Shown in pieces: positions 1 to 18,055 of a stretch of 64,000 nucleotides of DNA; within the stretch, counting starts at the first letter, position 1, and each line of letters starts with the position of its first letter. The DNA is taken from the NCBI GenBank assembly GCA_973895155.1, contig OZ316891.1, positions 17,668,095-17,732,094 on the forward strand. Direction: 5' to 3'. The DNA comes from Marsupella aquatica. Lineage: Eukaryota; Plantae; Marchantiophyta. Position numbers and translations under genes: made by a program. Below the pieces are notes generated by a model that searched no databases, was not told where the DNA came from, and worked only from the letters and a program-made list of their open reading frames with translations.

Positions 1-1328
1 GTTTGTTTGAAACTCACAGGAAACTCTCCACAAAGGTTGTGTTGAAAGGTTCCATCTTAGGATGCTGGAACAGGAAGATATTTTGGTTGTGATCCCTTTC
101 AAGGATTTTAAAAGTTAAAGCACCCAGTATTTCTATGTGGAACATGGTATTCCAAATAGGACTTGGTTAGGGTCATGACTCAGACCATAATCAAGCCAGG
201 TTCAAATTATGGTGTGATCCATTCTTGATGAAAAATGACCCTGTCGTGTGTCCGCCATCTCGGCCAACTAAACTGAAAACAGCTATGATAGTTGGTCCGC
301 GACACCTACGGGTGGGCTTGATGGTTTCGATCTCTTCTGGACTAGTCCTCACGTGATGGGATCTAAGTAGTAAAATGAACTGCTGCACTGCACTGAACAG
401 ATAGATTGCACACCAATTCAAGTGGATTTCCAGCCGAGCCGGTTTGGCAAGTTCAAAGTCCGTCAAATGTACAGTACTACACACCAGAAAATTAGTTAAA
501 GTCTGGTCTCATCATGGACGGATCATTCCTGGGAACCTTCATTTAGGAATCAGATTTTTTAACATAAATTATGGCCAATCTGATGTGAAATCGCGGTGAC
601 AATATAGAGCATATATTGTGGCTGGCACAGGACTTGCATTTGTGGTCAATGAACAAACAAGTGCGACTTAACAATAGGAGACAACATCCTCTCTTCGACT
701 CAATTCCACACTTGTGCAAGTGTGGAATTTGATGAACGTTTAGTTATCAAAAAGTATCTTTCGTACCTTTGCAGTCATAAACCCACCCTTTGATAAAATC
801 ATTCAACAGGATAATAACCATGCCAGACCGGAAGAGGGGACACCAATTGTCACCTTACCTCATTAGAGTAGGCAAAGGTAAAAATGTTCCAACGTTCCCG
901 TTTCGCAAATGGGTAAAAACTATTTCAGGTCTTCAGAAGCAGTGACGGTCAATCGATCTTCCATTTAGAAACGGATCACGGGCCTCGGTGTTCTGGTAGG
1001 TTTGCCCGGGTGTGAGCTAGAAAATATCCTTACCATGTCATTTCTCCAGTGCGGTCTATGACTACTCGGAAGTTAACAATCCAGCACCCCAACTAAGAAT
1101 ACCAAGACTACACATGGATTTGACTGTCGGCGCCAGAGATGCACTACACCATTCATGTTCATGACAATCACTACAAGCTTTTGTCAAATCATTTTGTCCA
1201 TATCGTACATGTATATATGGAAAGATTTTAAATTGAATGTTGACAACAAATATCATTTAGTGTACAAATGGCCACCTTGTTTCTCCATTTTAAGTGCCCA
1301 ATTCCCATCGTCAGCGAGAAAAGCAAAT

Positions 1329-4289
<2,961 letters not shown>

Positions 4290-5469
4290 AATTTCTCTCT
4301 ATATGTCGGTAATCAATAACCTCTTCTTGCTCCTCTGCCTTCAACCTTGTTCTGTAGCAGAAAAAGAACACGACACTCAATTCGTCAAACAAATGTGTCC
4401 GATTAGATGACAAATCTCAAAATCTATGTTTCAAGCCCTATTTCTCCCTTTCTACTAATCGATCGCTTGCAGTTCAGGACACCATGAAAGGGGAAAATTA
4501 GTGAATTTTTTGTCAAATAGCATGGCTCAATTTTGTCCCTTGGACACCACCGAAGAAAGCCAAACATTTCATGCAATCATTCCCATTCTCCCTTTCTTTC
4601 TTTCACTGCCATTCTCTTGTGTCCAAACTATGACTCGTCAGCCAGTCAACCAAACCATCCGCCAATTTCTGTCTTACCCAGGATACAAAAGAAGTCACAA
4701 ATTCAACCCATTTCATGTGACATCAACAAATTTCAAAAACAACATAATAATCTGAACTGACTTCCCTCATCAATCTACAATACTCACTCAATCGGGAGTA
4801 CCAGATGCCCCTCGACTTTCGTAACTTTCCGCTAAAAGTTCCTTGTCAATTGTAGTTCCGTTTATTGACACTATGATTCCACTTCATGCTCATTCCATCG
4901 AATATGAAATCAATCTTTCATCCATTCATTCATCAATCCCCCCATTATCCGTTCGTGTCTCTCGTCGTTGTTCTACTGGTACTACTACAGCAACAGAAAC
5001 AGTAAGAGGCGTGACTAAAATCGTCACCAAGACATGCAAGGCAGAGCTTGGCTCACCTGATCTCCTCTTCAACACGCCCACTTCGTCAGACTCAGGAGTA
5101 ATTCAGTAACTCGCAATCCTCGTCCTCGGAATGCGAACGAACGAAAGCTATGAATCAAACACAGAGAGCCCACCTCCCAAATGAACGCAGAGAGGTTTCG
5201 GTTCCTTCTATTCAACCTCCTCACACTCCTCCGTCTGTCAGCTCACCGGTGAAGATTCATGCCCAGGCTCTCTGCTGTCGTGTCAGCTCAGCAATATAAA
5301 GATTCAGACCGCACGCTCTCAGTTGTGTATGTGTAGCGGAGAAGTAAGGAATGAAAAAATCTGATCCGAGGCAGGCGGGCAGGGCGGGCAGCTAGGCAGC
5401 GGGCAGCAGAGGGGAGGATTGCATTTACTCAGACCGCACGCAATTTCGTTCAAAGCTCACGAGAACGGA

Positions 5470-5590
5470 TCGTGATTGGGCCACGGCAACGAAAATCTGA
5501 GCTCTTCGATGGGCAGCCACGTCGGTGCGTTTTGCAGCCTGTATCATATAATAAACGGAGCACGTCACTCAAATTGAGTGGCCCATTTCC
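5470..5590 (-). promoter_or_regulatory. Putative FtsH2 proximal promoter with ACGT-core boxes and TGGGCC site-II-like motifs
   Basis: GCCACGTC (~5516), GCACGTCA (~5560) and TGGGCC (~5477, ~5579) cluster upstream of the likely intron-containing 5' UTR. Motif match only. Confidence 0.3.
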
Positions 5591-6883
5591 GCATATCTTT
5601 CCTTAGGCCTTAGCTTTCTCTCCATCGATTCCTTTACCTGGCCCGCCGCCTTGCACTTTGCCACTAAAAGTGTCTGCCACTCTGCCCGCCCTCAACCGGT
5701 TTATTTTTTATCTATAATTACATAAACACTTAATAAATTTAATTGCTTGGATGGACCACTCCTGTGAACCTTGCACCCAGGACGTATCAAGTTACATTTC
5801 ACCTACAAGGTGTGGACTTTTTAATAAAGAGAAAGGACTATCTGAGTAAGAAACAAGTTCAAAGTCAAACAAATTTATTATATTTATAATAATTATGACA
5901 CTACCAAGTCTACTCTGTCCACTGCAGACTCCCTGGCAACATAAGCAGCGAGCACTATTGGAATGCACCATGCAAATGCATTCCATATCATATACGCACT
6001 TTTTGATATGTGCACAGCTTGCACTAAGTACATGAGACATAGCTTATGCACTTCCCCATTCTGCTGTAAGGTTACATACATTTACAGTAGCTTTTGATAC
6101 CCAAAGCCCTCACATTGCACAATTGAACTGAATAATTACAAGAAACTACTTAGCATAGTTGTTCATTTCACTTGTCAATAAATGCATCTCCTGTATCTGT
6201 TGCAACAAATAGATGTATGATTGTGTACACTTTATCATAGACTAGTGTTGATATTTTATCATGTAGTGAGGGTATACTTGCACTTATGCAAAGTGCATTC
6301 TCTTTGGTGCCTTCCGGACTTCCCTTATAGACGTAGTTGAGAAAGCGGCGCAATGGTACCTTCGCCAACCACCATCGACATCTGGGATATTCCATCTGAG
6401 GTCAGAACTGCTCTTTCTCAAGCTGTCTACATTCTGTTGGACTTATGCCTTCAAAGATTGCCGCATCGTCATTTAGTTCAGGACGCATTCCTATACCTTA
6501 CAGTATAGACCCGTGCCAATCCGAATCTAATCAGAGAGATTTGCAGTGGGATTGTTATGCATATTGCATTGCCGTTCTATGCAAGCCGTTGACCCACCAC
6601 TACATCTAATCAAATGAATTGAAGCGATGGGTTCGTTGAGAGTACAGGAAATGGATTCTATGACACATTCAACAACACAAAAGTGTGAATCCGATTTGGA
6701 CACCACGTTGAGATACAGTCGGGGCCCTTGACATGGAATAAGCCACTAAGGCTCACAGCAGAGTGGGTGTTTTGGGACCTTGTCTTATTAGACTGTGTCC
6801 ATTCAAGGTTGTTACAGTCTGAAGCCTCTGCGATAATATTGTATAAATATTATATATATACAGTGCCAACGACTAAACAGCCT

Positions 6884-6957
6884 GTCTTCGTGGTGTAGTT
6901 GGTCATCACGTCAGTCTAACACACTGAAGGTCTCCAGTTCAAACCTGGACGAAGACA
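6884..6957 (+). tRNA. tRNA-Val(AAC)
   Basis: Acceptor stem GTCTTCG/CGAAGAC+A, D-arm TGTAGTTGGTCATCAC, anticodon arm TCAGT-CTAACAC-ACTGA, T-loop TTCAAAC. T-runs lie downstream and a TATA-rich stretch upstream. Confidence 0.95.
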
Positions 6958-8267
6958 CCTGACGTATATTTTCGTAGAACTTTTGGTAGCCTCAAGTGAG
7001 CTCCCTAAGGGCGTATATCAGTAGCGGCATTATGTGATGCATCGTCGCGACGAGGCGTTTTGTTTTCAGTATACTTATACTGGGATGGGGACAGTGATTT
7101 TGACCTGATTGATTCAACTGTGAATTATCCTCGACAACTTTTTGCTAGGAGGGAGAGGCCAGACTTAACAGCCCTTCAACTTTCTCAGACTAACTACTTT
7201 TGTTTTAAAGAAAACCTTATAACTACGACGCACAAGGCTGCTTTTATCCAAAAGAGAAACTGATATCTACAAACCACGTCAATCTCAAATGCAAATCAAT
7301 GGCATTCCATTGGGTGGAGGCCGTGGTGAATTAGGTGTTATACAGTCTAATCCTGACCTTCGCCCTTTTGTGGCGCCAGTCATCTCAGCGTGTTACAGCA
7401 AGATTACATCACACAAACCTGACTACCTGTCGTTTTCGAGTTAAAAATAAAGGTGAGAATAAAAGTGTCCGCGGGAATCCCGTTGGTCACACCCGTGAAA
7501 TAGTCAAACCCCCTGCTACAATGCTTTGGTTTGGTGTCCATAAGGTGCGTGGTTAGGAAGCAGGCTGTTACACAAGATAACGAGTAATGAATTGGTACCT
7601 GCAATCAGTATATATGACTCTCTGCGCACAACTACCAAGAAAATTCCATTTTTTTTCCAGGGAGGAATATGCGCCACATGATACCAGTGTTGCTGTATCC
7701 CTCCGATGCTCTCATCAAGCCTCTTAAGGATGCATAGCAAGTAGGAGTGCAGAGATGGAGATTGAAGATCATTGCCGAGATTACCATATAGCTCTGTCAA
7801 CGTTTGATTACAGCTCCAAACTTGCTGGTGTAATATGTGAATTCACAGGACAAGAATATGCAAACAGCAGACATTATACTGAAAGCCATGCGCAACTTGT
7901 TTGCAAATGCAAGTGTTAAAGTTGGTCTCCCGGTAAATCTCATCGTTATTGAATTGATAGGAACCAGCACGAGCTGTACACAATAGCTGCTAAGTTCGTA
8001 ATCAATCCCCATCCTTGCATCTTGTGCAGTATTTTCGGCTAATTCAGTCACATGTTGGTCCAGACCATACAATTGGGTCAAGGACACAACCAATGGACGA
8101 TTATGTGAAGCCACAAGCCAGTGTCCCAAAATATTAATCTACAGCACTACCTTGACAGGTAAGGTTGGTTTCTTAAACCCTCAATCACTCTAACTGTGGC
8201 ACTTGTGAAAAGAATAAATTGGTACACTTAGAAGAGCAGTCGAAGTGGAACTTCCACGCAGCCCTCC

Positions 8268-11200
8268 CTACCACCACTGGAGCTTTAAGCCTGGTTCTTC
8301 TTGAGGGATTTTCCTGAAAACCAGTAAGCCCAAATAAGTATCAAACCATTACATGGCAACAGAATAGATGTAAGGATCAGGATCTCTTACTTTTCATGTC
8401 TAATCGCCTTGCATCTTCTCAAACCGGAAAAAACAGTTTAATGTAACAAATAATGGAGCAAATACATACGAAGAAACAAGAGATAAACCTCACCCAAAAT
8501 CTAGGATGATGACAGTAATGTTATCTTGACCATGGCGCTCCTAAATCCAGAGGCATTACAAAATCAGTTACGCTAGATTCTACTTCCAAGAGATGACGGA
8601 ATGCTTTGATTCCTCCTGGCTCAATGACGACGAAGGAAAAGCAACAAAAGTTTGCAAGTAGTCAAATACTCTGCATCACGCAAGCTGAACTTCAAAACCA
8701 TAAAATGTCATGATAGAACCAAATTAAGAGAACAGAATTGTTACGAACCAGAGTAGCTTGTGCAATCGCTTCAGCAGCTTTCTGCAAAAACATCCAACCA
8801 ATCGGAGGACCCAATAAGATTTTTCGACCGCTTCCATTAAGCATGCAGAACAACTGGGCACAGACAAGGGGGCCCGCGTCACAGCACTAATCAAAGAGAG
8901 TTGCCAGCTCTTTGAGCTCAGAGATTACTAGTTCAACTCACTACTTTCACTTACTCCCATTGGTCTAGGTGAAGGACGTCAACACAAAGTACCTGTATAT
9001 CTCCATGTTTTTTAAGCTGTTTTCGGATGAACTGCACAGCATCATTACTACACACAAGTATTGACATAGGGTTAGTAAAAATTCTTTTGAACAGCTTCTC
9101 ATCACAAGGCAACCGACAATCTAGGTGAAAATTGCTGGCGCTACATGTGAAAATCTTACGCTCAGCATGAACAAACCAATAAATGACGTCCGAATAGTCT
9201 GTTTGGGCCCAAAACCGGATCTTAAGGAAGATCACGATCAATCCATTAATGACGGGTGTGTTCACTACCATAAGAGAACCTTTGCTTTCATGTTTACCTT
9301 TTGAACGAGTCCCACAGTCCATCAGACGCAATAATAATAAATTCAGCATCGTCCTCCAGTTTTATCCGACTGACATCCGGAGTAACTGATAGCCAGTTAC
9401 CATCCAAATTTAACCTTAAACATCCAAAGGCACTAAATGTCAGCCGTCAAACGAGCCATCATTCCGTAACAAGGATGACTGGAAGTCACTCCCATGATTA
9501 CGAGTCCAGCAGCCATTTTGCACAAGCTATGTTCCAACGTTGGAATTACATTCAAACAAAGATCGTATTGCAATCGAGGGAAACAAGCCCTGAAGGTAGA
9601 CACCTTACCTAGAACTATGAGCCCTCTGACTTATTCGAAAGAGAAACATCACAGGGTGAAAAGGGATCTCTTATTCTCATATGAAACACGACGAGCTGTA
9701 GAAATGCTAGGAGGAGAACAGAGCATTGCCAAGGCCAACATGACAAACGTATGAAGGCGAACGAAAGAAAACTGCATGCTTATTCAGAACCGACCTTTCA
9801 GTGAAAGGCCTTGTCCACAGCCTCTGCGTAATTCCGTCTTCCAACATCCTGTTATAAATAAAGATAATATCAGTAGAGGGTTGACACATTCGGAAACTAC
9901 AAGCAAGCTATAGCACTCTCACACAGTTGCTCAGCAGGAGCCAAACGAAGTGAATTTCTTCGATCCATTCGAGGCAATCACATTAATTTATTAGTAATCA
10001 CGTACTCTTTCTTCTTAGTTTTGAAGCCCACATCTCCAAATGCACGAGAGACAGATAGTGTTGAGCAAAGTCTCCCATGGCTAACCTGTACAAACAAGGA
10101 CAGCTCGAAGGTCTCAGGCATAATACCAAAGACTTGAATATCGGGCAACAATCCAATAAACCTGAGAAAAATGACTCACAAACAAGGACATGTAGCCAAA
10201 GATGAGCTACACACCCAGCCTCCTTCTGTCTTGATTCGTTTGATTTCTGCAAGGGCTGTCTTGCTGTTACCAAAGGGCCGATGATCGCCTGATAGGTCTA
10301 CGGCTTTACCACCCTGAGCAAGGACCTGCATATGCTTCATCAAACTACTTAGTGTTCAGTTAAAACACGAACGCACTCATTGCTTGAAGCTCTGCTTAGT
10401 TTTCACCTACACGCGCGCTATAATGTTCCTGTAACATGAGACACAATAGTAGTAGGAGTTCAAAGTGTGCTCTTTCATCCTGTAGGAACAGACATTTAAC
10501 TATGGACGGGGTCATAAGAATTTCGGGTCATGGTGAAGGACGAGACTGCTGAGAGAAGTATTACCTACCGCACGCGAGTCCCCGACATGCGCAATAGTGA
10601 CAGAATCGTCGCGCATAAACAAAATTGTACCAGTGGCACCTGCTTCTTTCTCTTCAGCATCTGACGCTAGCCTGTAGGAATCCCAACACCAGCAACTGAG
10701 AATTATCGCTCACGATGAAATTGCATCATTAGTGATAAATCCGGCATTCAGCGCAATACTGCTTCTCTTACTGCCAGACTACAACCCAACCTTAGATGGC
10801 TTACATCAGCTGGGTCGATGACCATGTGAGAAAGTAATTTTACAGTGCGTCTTCGTTTTCAAAGCTAGCAAACAGAAGTAATAGATGGGAAGTGGCACCA
10901 TTGCACAGGCGTAAAAAAAGTAAGACACATTACAAAGTGGGTCAGACTAGTAACCACCAGGATAGTAAGCGGGTGTCAGTTTGTTGAAAGGCATTTACTA
11001 GTGCGCCTTCCACTGCATTCTGGTCATCAGACTCCAGCAACTTGCCTCCCTGAAGAGCTTCAACGCATTCCTTGTAGAGCTCATTCCTACATCATCCAAC
11101 TACATTATTACGGAGCTCATGTTTCAAGGTTGTAAACAAGCAAACTCCACATATATTGGAGTGCACCTGCTGATGAATTCAACAGAAAGAACACAAAGAT

Positions 11201-12753
11201 AAAATTCGTGCAAGCTGATATTTTCAGAGAATTTTTTGTTAAAATATCAGGACCCTCAATTGAGTTAACGGAGATTCAATTCCACAGCCAAACATCAGAG
11301 AGAAAGAGGGAGTAAGAGTTGAGATAATTGATTACGATTGAGTTGCAGCAACAGAAACAATGATTTGATTGATTTCATTCCAAAGTCAACGGATACCGAG
11401 AGGCATGGAAAGACAAGGGCTGCAGGCAGACCAAACTTGCAAACAGAACTACGTACCAAAGCGAACTCATGATGCAAATGCTTCACTGTCAGTCAAGTTC
11501 ATCCTCTCTCTTCTCTCCCTGTGTTTAAGATTGGATGAACTGTCCGATGCGAAAAAGATATTTCCGACATAAATAAAACGTCGTAACCAAATAATTACCT
11601 GAGAAATTTCACGGCATCAAAGCCCACATGGCCATCGAAGACAGCAGCATAGGTGAATCCCAAGGGCCCATCTAACACTAGGGCATCATCCTCCATCTCT
11701 TCCCTCAATCCTTGCACCTTCACCTGCCCTATATTCAAACCCCCTGTCGTGCTACTGCCTGTCACTTCATCCATCTCTGCATTTGTAATCCATCTCTGCT
11801 GCTCGATTGCGCACAAAGACGTTAGAAGAGTTTCTGTGCTCTTCTTCCTGACATCAATCTATAGCCTGTCATCTTCGAGGTAAAGCGAAATCTTCTCCAG
11901 TCAGGACGGACGGAGACTACGAAACGAGGAGGAGGACAAATCGATACCGCCCAACAGAATAGGGGGAGAAGCTCTCTCACTTCAGAGAAAACAAAATTAA
12001 AATTCGAAGCCCAGCTTTACCAAGCCAGGACATTGGACCACAAGTGATCATAATTTGCAGTAATTCGGCTGACTGAACCATGCTCTATCCGAGCAAAAGT
12101 AGCCAAAATCGAAAATTCAGATGAGACCAAATTGATGAACTGAAAGTTTCAACACGAAATGAAATGAATCCCTATTTCAGTATTTTGGTCCCAGGAATGC
12201 GTAGGAACAGGTTGCACAAAAAGAGTAAGGTGCCAGTCCGAACAGTAGAAATATTGTTTCAAATGCTCAAGAAATTTAGTACAAAAGGCACAACGAATAG
12301 AACCTGCATCAGGACCATGCAGGCTTTGCAAGTTTAGGGGGGACTGGACGGGATTCCGGGAGGAATTCTCCAGTGGATGGAGGGGTTATCCTAATTGTAA
12401 CTTACCCGGTCTAGCTCAGCGTCTTCAGTTTCGGTAGCAGCAGGCGTTGTGGGAGCAGGGGCAGGAGTCTCAATCTTCTCAGCGTTTGCAGTGGCACGGG
12501 GCCCTCCAAGAGATGCCCTTCTCAAATTCATGCATTTATGAGACCTCCCCATCCTCCTGCTCGACGACGACGACGACGACCAGAAGAGCCTCACAGATGA
12601 CGAAGAGCTAGAAGCAACCAAACCGAAATCCGCAGAGAACCTCCCATTGCTATGACTGCTGTGTCCGCCGGATGTGGATGAGTTCCCACTGCTTGTACCT
12701 CCAGTGAACGGCCGGGAGAACGAGCAAGCTCCGGCTGCTGCTGATGCCAACAT
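8268..12753 (-). CDS. PPH1: Chloroplast PP2C, PPH1/TAP38 (LHCII phosphatase, At4g27800)-like, about 12 coding exons
   Basis: Ser-rich transit peptide. Spliced exons give QGLREEMED, AVFDGH, NELYKECVEALQGG, AHVGDS, DHRPFG, VSRAFGD, IIASDGLWD, QLKKHGDIQ and GQDNITVIILDFG. The inferred last exon reads KIPQEEPGLKLQWW*. Motif order matches PPH1 as recalled. Confidence 0.88.
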
Positions 12754-14356
12754 GGCTGGTTGAAGCAGAGAGCAATCTCACACCAATGTTGACACCCAAA
12801 GGAAATTCCCAAGCAAAGTGTGAGGGCCCTGCCGCGCAAAATTTTTTGTCTGTCGGTCCGCAGGGAGAAATCGCAGGGATAGGGGAAGAAAACGGAGGAG
12901 GGATGACGCGGATTCGTAAACTTCTTTCAATTGCCTGTTCGACCGCGATAACCGGAAGTCCCGATTGCGCTACAGACGCTCGAGTGCATTGCGGGAGCCA
13001 TCACTGAAGTGGTGGCAATTCAGCCGTCAAATTCGAAGATTACTGAATGCACGAAAAGCCCGTGCACAGACAGTGCTCGCAAAGCAAAGAGCTCTTCCGG
13101 AGCTTGAGCAAATGCTTCAACATGATTGCGAGACGAATTGATTCAAAGCCTCAGAGTTTTGGCAGAGCTGACATTCATGCGCAGAGCTTTGACAGAATGC
13201 ATAACCCTACTGTATTTGCGAACAAAATTCAACCAATTGAATCAAACCAGTGATGGGAAGGAGGGAGGGAGCACGATGAGGCGTAATAACGCTAGTGCAG
13301 GGCCTAAAAACTCCAGTTTGTTCTGTTTGCCGTGATCTTCCTGCGGATACTTCTGTCCACTCATACTAGGCTCAGCTCTGTCTGGCGTTGCTGCTCCCCT
13401 TCTTCTTTCTATGGGTCCCCTTACCATTGGTCGTCGCTAATGTGCTAGGGTTACGCAGACTACTTATTCTTAAAAAACTGAGATAAATGTGGGGCACAGA
13501 ATGTAAGAGGTACAAAAAGCATGGGCCCAATTGGCTTCCCAAACTGTATAAAAAGAAACTTTATTGACTTTTGGAGGAAAAAACATGCCAGGTTCCGCCA
13601 ATTAGTTGGCTCCATTGGTTTCCGGCTCCTTGCCTTGTTGGCTTCCAGGGACTCTATTTCTATTGCGTCACTGACAGTCCTCCCCTCTTTGATGGGTTCT
13701 TCTAATGTCCTTCTTGATTATTTTTCCTTTCGTGATTTTCAGAATACACCATCAAGATTTGGATCAGGTGATCATGACAATTCTCCCCTATGTTTACGAG
13801 AATTTGGAAAAACAAATTAGTTCGTGGACCCCTTGGTTAATTGACAGCATGGTTATCACAAGAAGTTGTCAAAATCATCATTACTTACAGTCATGTTCTC
13901 AAGCTATTAGAGTTAAAATTCAATTTGTGGAAAGTTCATTTGTAATTAGATGAATGTGTGATCAAATGAATTGTATCACTTGGTTGAGTTCAAGTTGGGA
14001 TCATGGCTAGCAGTTTACCTTAATTGCAAAGGGCCAGAAATCTTACTCCAAGTGTCAATTACCCTTTAAACCACAGATACAGGTATAAGGGGCTCCGGGT
14101 TACCCGGAGTCCTCATTCCCAAGTGCATCCAACACTTAAAACAACGGGCAGCACAATAGGGCCTCCCATCAAGTGTTAGATTTGCATTGAAAGCAGCGCT
14201 TACTGTCAACCATCAGATCAGATCTATGGCTCAAATTGTAGGTCTCGTTGAGATCTACGTCTGTGAAAAAAAGCAGGCAAAATGGTTGGATATTTTGTGA
14301 GAAATAACAAAAAAACAAATGGGGCAATCTGATTGGCCGAATTTGAAATTTGAATT

Positions 14357-15176
14357 TCAGGGGTAAGGGTCGATCTGAGCCGTCTCCATTTCTTGTCTCC
14401 GGAAATCTCGTTCGTCCATCATAATGGCCAATCTATGGCTCAAAAGAAAGATCTCAAAAGAAAGATCTCAAAGAGATCTATGGATGGGTTCTGTCCGTTT
14501 TGTAAATGGATTAATATTTTTCAAATGAAAAATAAAACAAATCCAAGCCTTCCTAGCCGTGGATTTTGTTGATTTTACAATCTTTGCCGTCCATTTTATA
14601 ATGCCTCTAGAAATCTTATTCATCCATGTTAGAAGGCCATCTAGGGTGCAAAAGAAAGATCTCAATGAGATCTACGATTGGGTATTCTTTGTTTTGAGAA
14701 TGATTAAATAGTTTTGAGTATAAAATTCGGTGAACTTTCAAGATTCCAGCCATTCCTCCTCCCCGATCCTGGGTTTCTATGTGCTCTTCCCAGCATTAAT
14801 GGCTGTACAATACAAGAGGTCCTTATACACCAGGAGTTGCGATTTAACAAGTAAGTTATCAAGTTAGTTATTAGCCATTATTTATTATATGAAAAATACT
14901 TTTTAAAAATCTTTGAATTTAAGTTTTAAAATTGGAAATGTAACTAAAACGGTTACATAGTGACAGTTTTAATCGTCTTGTGTTTTGCATTTCTAACTTT
15001 TTTACTTCTCTTTTTACGGCATGGCGTCCCAAAATTTACACGCAAATTGACGCAAACACGAATGAAAATTGTAAGTTCGATTAACAAAACTGACAAGTCT
15101 TGTTTGTTGCGGTTGTTGTTGACGTGGCACGCTCTGGTGCCAGGAATTTTGGAAGGGACCTCTAGTGGGGTCCGTA
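14357..15176. repeat. Dispersed ~820-bp non-coding repeat (non-autonomous TE-like), copy 1
   Basis: Reverse-complement match to 39919-40738, e.g. GGAATTTTGGAAGGGACCTCTAGTGGGGTCC vs GGACCCCACTAGAGGTCCCTTCCAAAATTCC. Repeated AGATCT / ATCTATGGCTCAAA submotifs. Confidence 0.85.
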
Positions 15177-16856
15177 ACTAAACATAGTAAAATTAAAAAT
15201 CTCTACCTTCAAGTGTACTAAGGTCATGTTACCAGACAATTATGGGCATAGCCTCTCATAACTTGAGCTCAAGCTTTCGTTTTTGGAAGCATCATATCCC
15301 ACAATGACCTGTTGCTATATTCATAAAGTATCATCAAATGTGATGCCTAGTTTTTAGGAAATTCAAAGAACATGAAAGGCTCCCCACTATCAGAAATAAA
15401 TCTGTGGTTACTATTTGGTCTGTGTGAGGACATAGATTTTCTTTATCAAACTTTTGTCCCCTCTCTCGCACACTTTACAAAAAGAAATAAGGTCTACTAT
15501 TACAAAGATTATTCAGCGTCGTACCACAGCTTCCAGCAAGTGCTACGTCGACTGTTCAATTGTAAAACCAAATATGGCCACGGGTTTCAGCAACAAAAGG
15601 AAGGGCTCAGACTGGAAGAGAAACTGGTGAGAGAAGCCCCCAACAATACAGCTGGACATAAAGTCTGAATTTGCGTAACCTGCAAAAAATCCAAAATTCT
15701 AGCCAGGGCACATTCACAAAAATTTGCTTTAAGTTGCATAATCAATCAACTTCTTGACATGGAGCTCTGCAAAACGTCACATCAAATAAGTTTACTGGAG
15801 ACAGTTTGATGAGGTGAAAGTGAAATACAAACAGAATATGATATCGTACATCTTCGTAATTTAAAATTCGGAGTTGTGAACGATGGAAATTTCTTGTAAA
15901 ATATTTGTGTTTCCAGAAGATATCGTTACCCTCATCCCAGCTCACATCACTCTTCCTCAAGATATCTAGATTTCTAAATGTCTGTGGATTTTTGCTTGCA
16001 AAGAGGACTGGATCATTATTAAGTTCAGCACTTAGTGAGCTGTTGGAATACCACTGCGTATCGGTTTTTATTTTGCTGACTGCTAGACCGAGTTCCTCTG
16101 TCGAATACATTCAGGACCTCGCCTACAGTATATTGGGATTCTTCCTGATGTGATGCATCCATAGGCTTATTTCTAAACCTACATGTATTAAATCGATTTG
16201 CTTTTTGAAATTGCTCTGTCCGCTGTTTACAATTTCTGAAATCAGTAACGAAGTCACAGTAATGAAAGGAAATATGTCACAAAGCAGCGGTACCAACCGG
16301 TTGTACGCAAGTCAATGTATTAAATTTGCTTTGGCAGCCTCTTTAGTGGCAATCAACGTCTGTTCTACAATTCCCAGAGGACATATGGCTGCCAGGAACA
16401 GGCCGGTCATGGTGATGGACAATTTGGAATATCAGATAGGGGCTTCGTAACCAATTTGAAGGGAATACAGTTCTCACTGCCTGAAGTGAGGAGACAACAT
16501 CGTAATCCACTGCTAATTATTAAAAGTTCCAAGGTGCTGGAAACTTCGGCTCCTTCCAAGTTCACTTTTTTGGATATTTCCATCTGATTGTAGGAAGATT
16601 CAACGTGAAGCGATGATGGGACTTAGATGATATGAGGAACATCATCCAGCTACGTGTCATCCATACCTTATGAGAATAATTAGCTGGAGTAGCACTACGC
16701 TAGTAAATTTGCACAAGGTCAGATAGACTCAATACAGGAAGTGAGCAGAAATCGCTCTAGCCAAAACCGCGGTGGACTGAAATTCGGTGGACTGAAATTA
16801 CCCAAGGGATGATGGGATTTAACCTATGAGTCCACCCCTCAGTTCCTACTTACGGC

Positions 16857-18055
16857 TTATATATGGTTGCATGGAACATCCTTGCAGGAACACACAGGTC
16901 GGCCAGCAGCGGCCCAACCATCGAAACCTCTCTCAAGCACTAAAACTTTAGGTCTTTTATCGGCTGTTCTGGCACTGGAAGCTTTGTTCAAATGCTCCAC
17001 AAGAGTACGAGCACAAGTAGGACCTCGAATCTGCAACCACAAGATGAGTCAAGGTTACTCTATGTTCATCCACACGTTGAAGGGAAGCGACTTCGAAGGT
17101 TAGAATATTTACATTACGAAGGGTAAAAGAGAGAGACATATTTAGTGAGAGACGGATAGTGCTTGTGGCTTCCCAGAAAATTCCGCCGAGTTCCAGCAGA
17201 ATCTTTTGCTATGCTGAACAATGGGAACTGTAACTGATTTCCCGCCCCATTCCACTTAGCAAGAGTCGTTGCATGCTGAATTCCACCTAAATGATGATAA
17301 CACTACTAACCATGCCGGAGCTGGAGTCAGAAGAATCATACTGCAAGTAGAAGGAGATCCAGCAAATCATTTTAGGATGATAATTGAAGCCCACCTGACT
17401 CTTTGCGCAGTGGAACACGACAGTGTCTCTGCCCCTTAAATCTTTCAGTAAATCGGGAATCTCTTGTTCAAACGTTTCACTGGGATAGTACAAAGATCCA
17501 GCAATGTGGCCATCATATTTCCGCTCTTCATCTCTGCCATTCAGTTGCCATTCAATTCACGAACAACCCAAAATCAAGACCATATCCTCAATCCCCTCAT
17601 CAACGCCCCAGCGCACTAATCGATCCTCGCAAGTAAGGCAGAGGACGATGTGAAATGGCACAAGTACTCCATTTTTCACAAAGGAAAACAAATCTCAGGA
17701 AAAGCCTATGTACGGTAGTATTGCCCCTTCGATGATAGAAAGAAATTGTCTATCTGAACCAGAGCGATGTCACAGACAGCATTCACCAAGAGAGCAGAAT
17801 CCCCAAGAAAGCAAGCAAGCAAGACCTATAGACCAGTTGCAGCTAAAGTATGAGCCATAAATCGAGATAATTTGGCAGCCACGCACAAAGAAGTTAGAGT
17901 CCATAACCTAAATCGAATCAAGACAGAGTTCAGTAGCAACTTTAAGAAAGCTCTGATAATGGATGAGCTACTAACCTCACATCCACAACGGCAACGGAGG
18001 GATCTCGCAGTCTGACGAAATCCGCAGCGGGAATGAACATCACCGGAGCCGCCAT
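16857..18055 (-). CDS. ACR2: Rhodanese-fold CDC25-like phosphatase / arsenate reductase ACR2-like. Exons 18055-17976, 17533-17395, 17030-16857
   Basis: The spliced product contains [18 protein letters not shown], the active-site HCAKSQIRGP (HCx5R), LERGFDGW and a C-terminal CSCKDVPC. Introns are GT-AG. Confidence 0.9.

Noticed and set aside
14089-14112. GC hairpin GGGCTCCGGG-TTA-CCCGGAGTCC as a Helitron 3' end
   Set aside because: No CTRR terminus at the expected distance.
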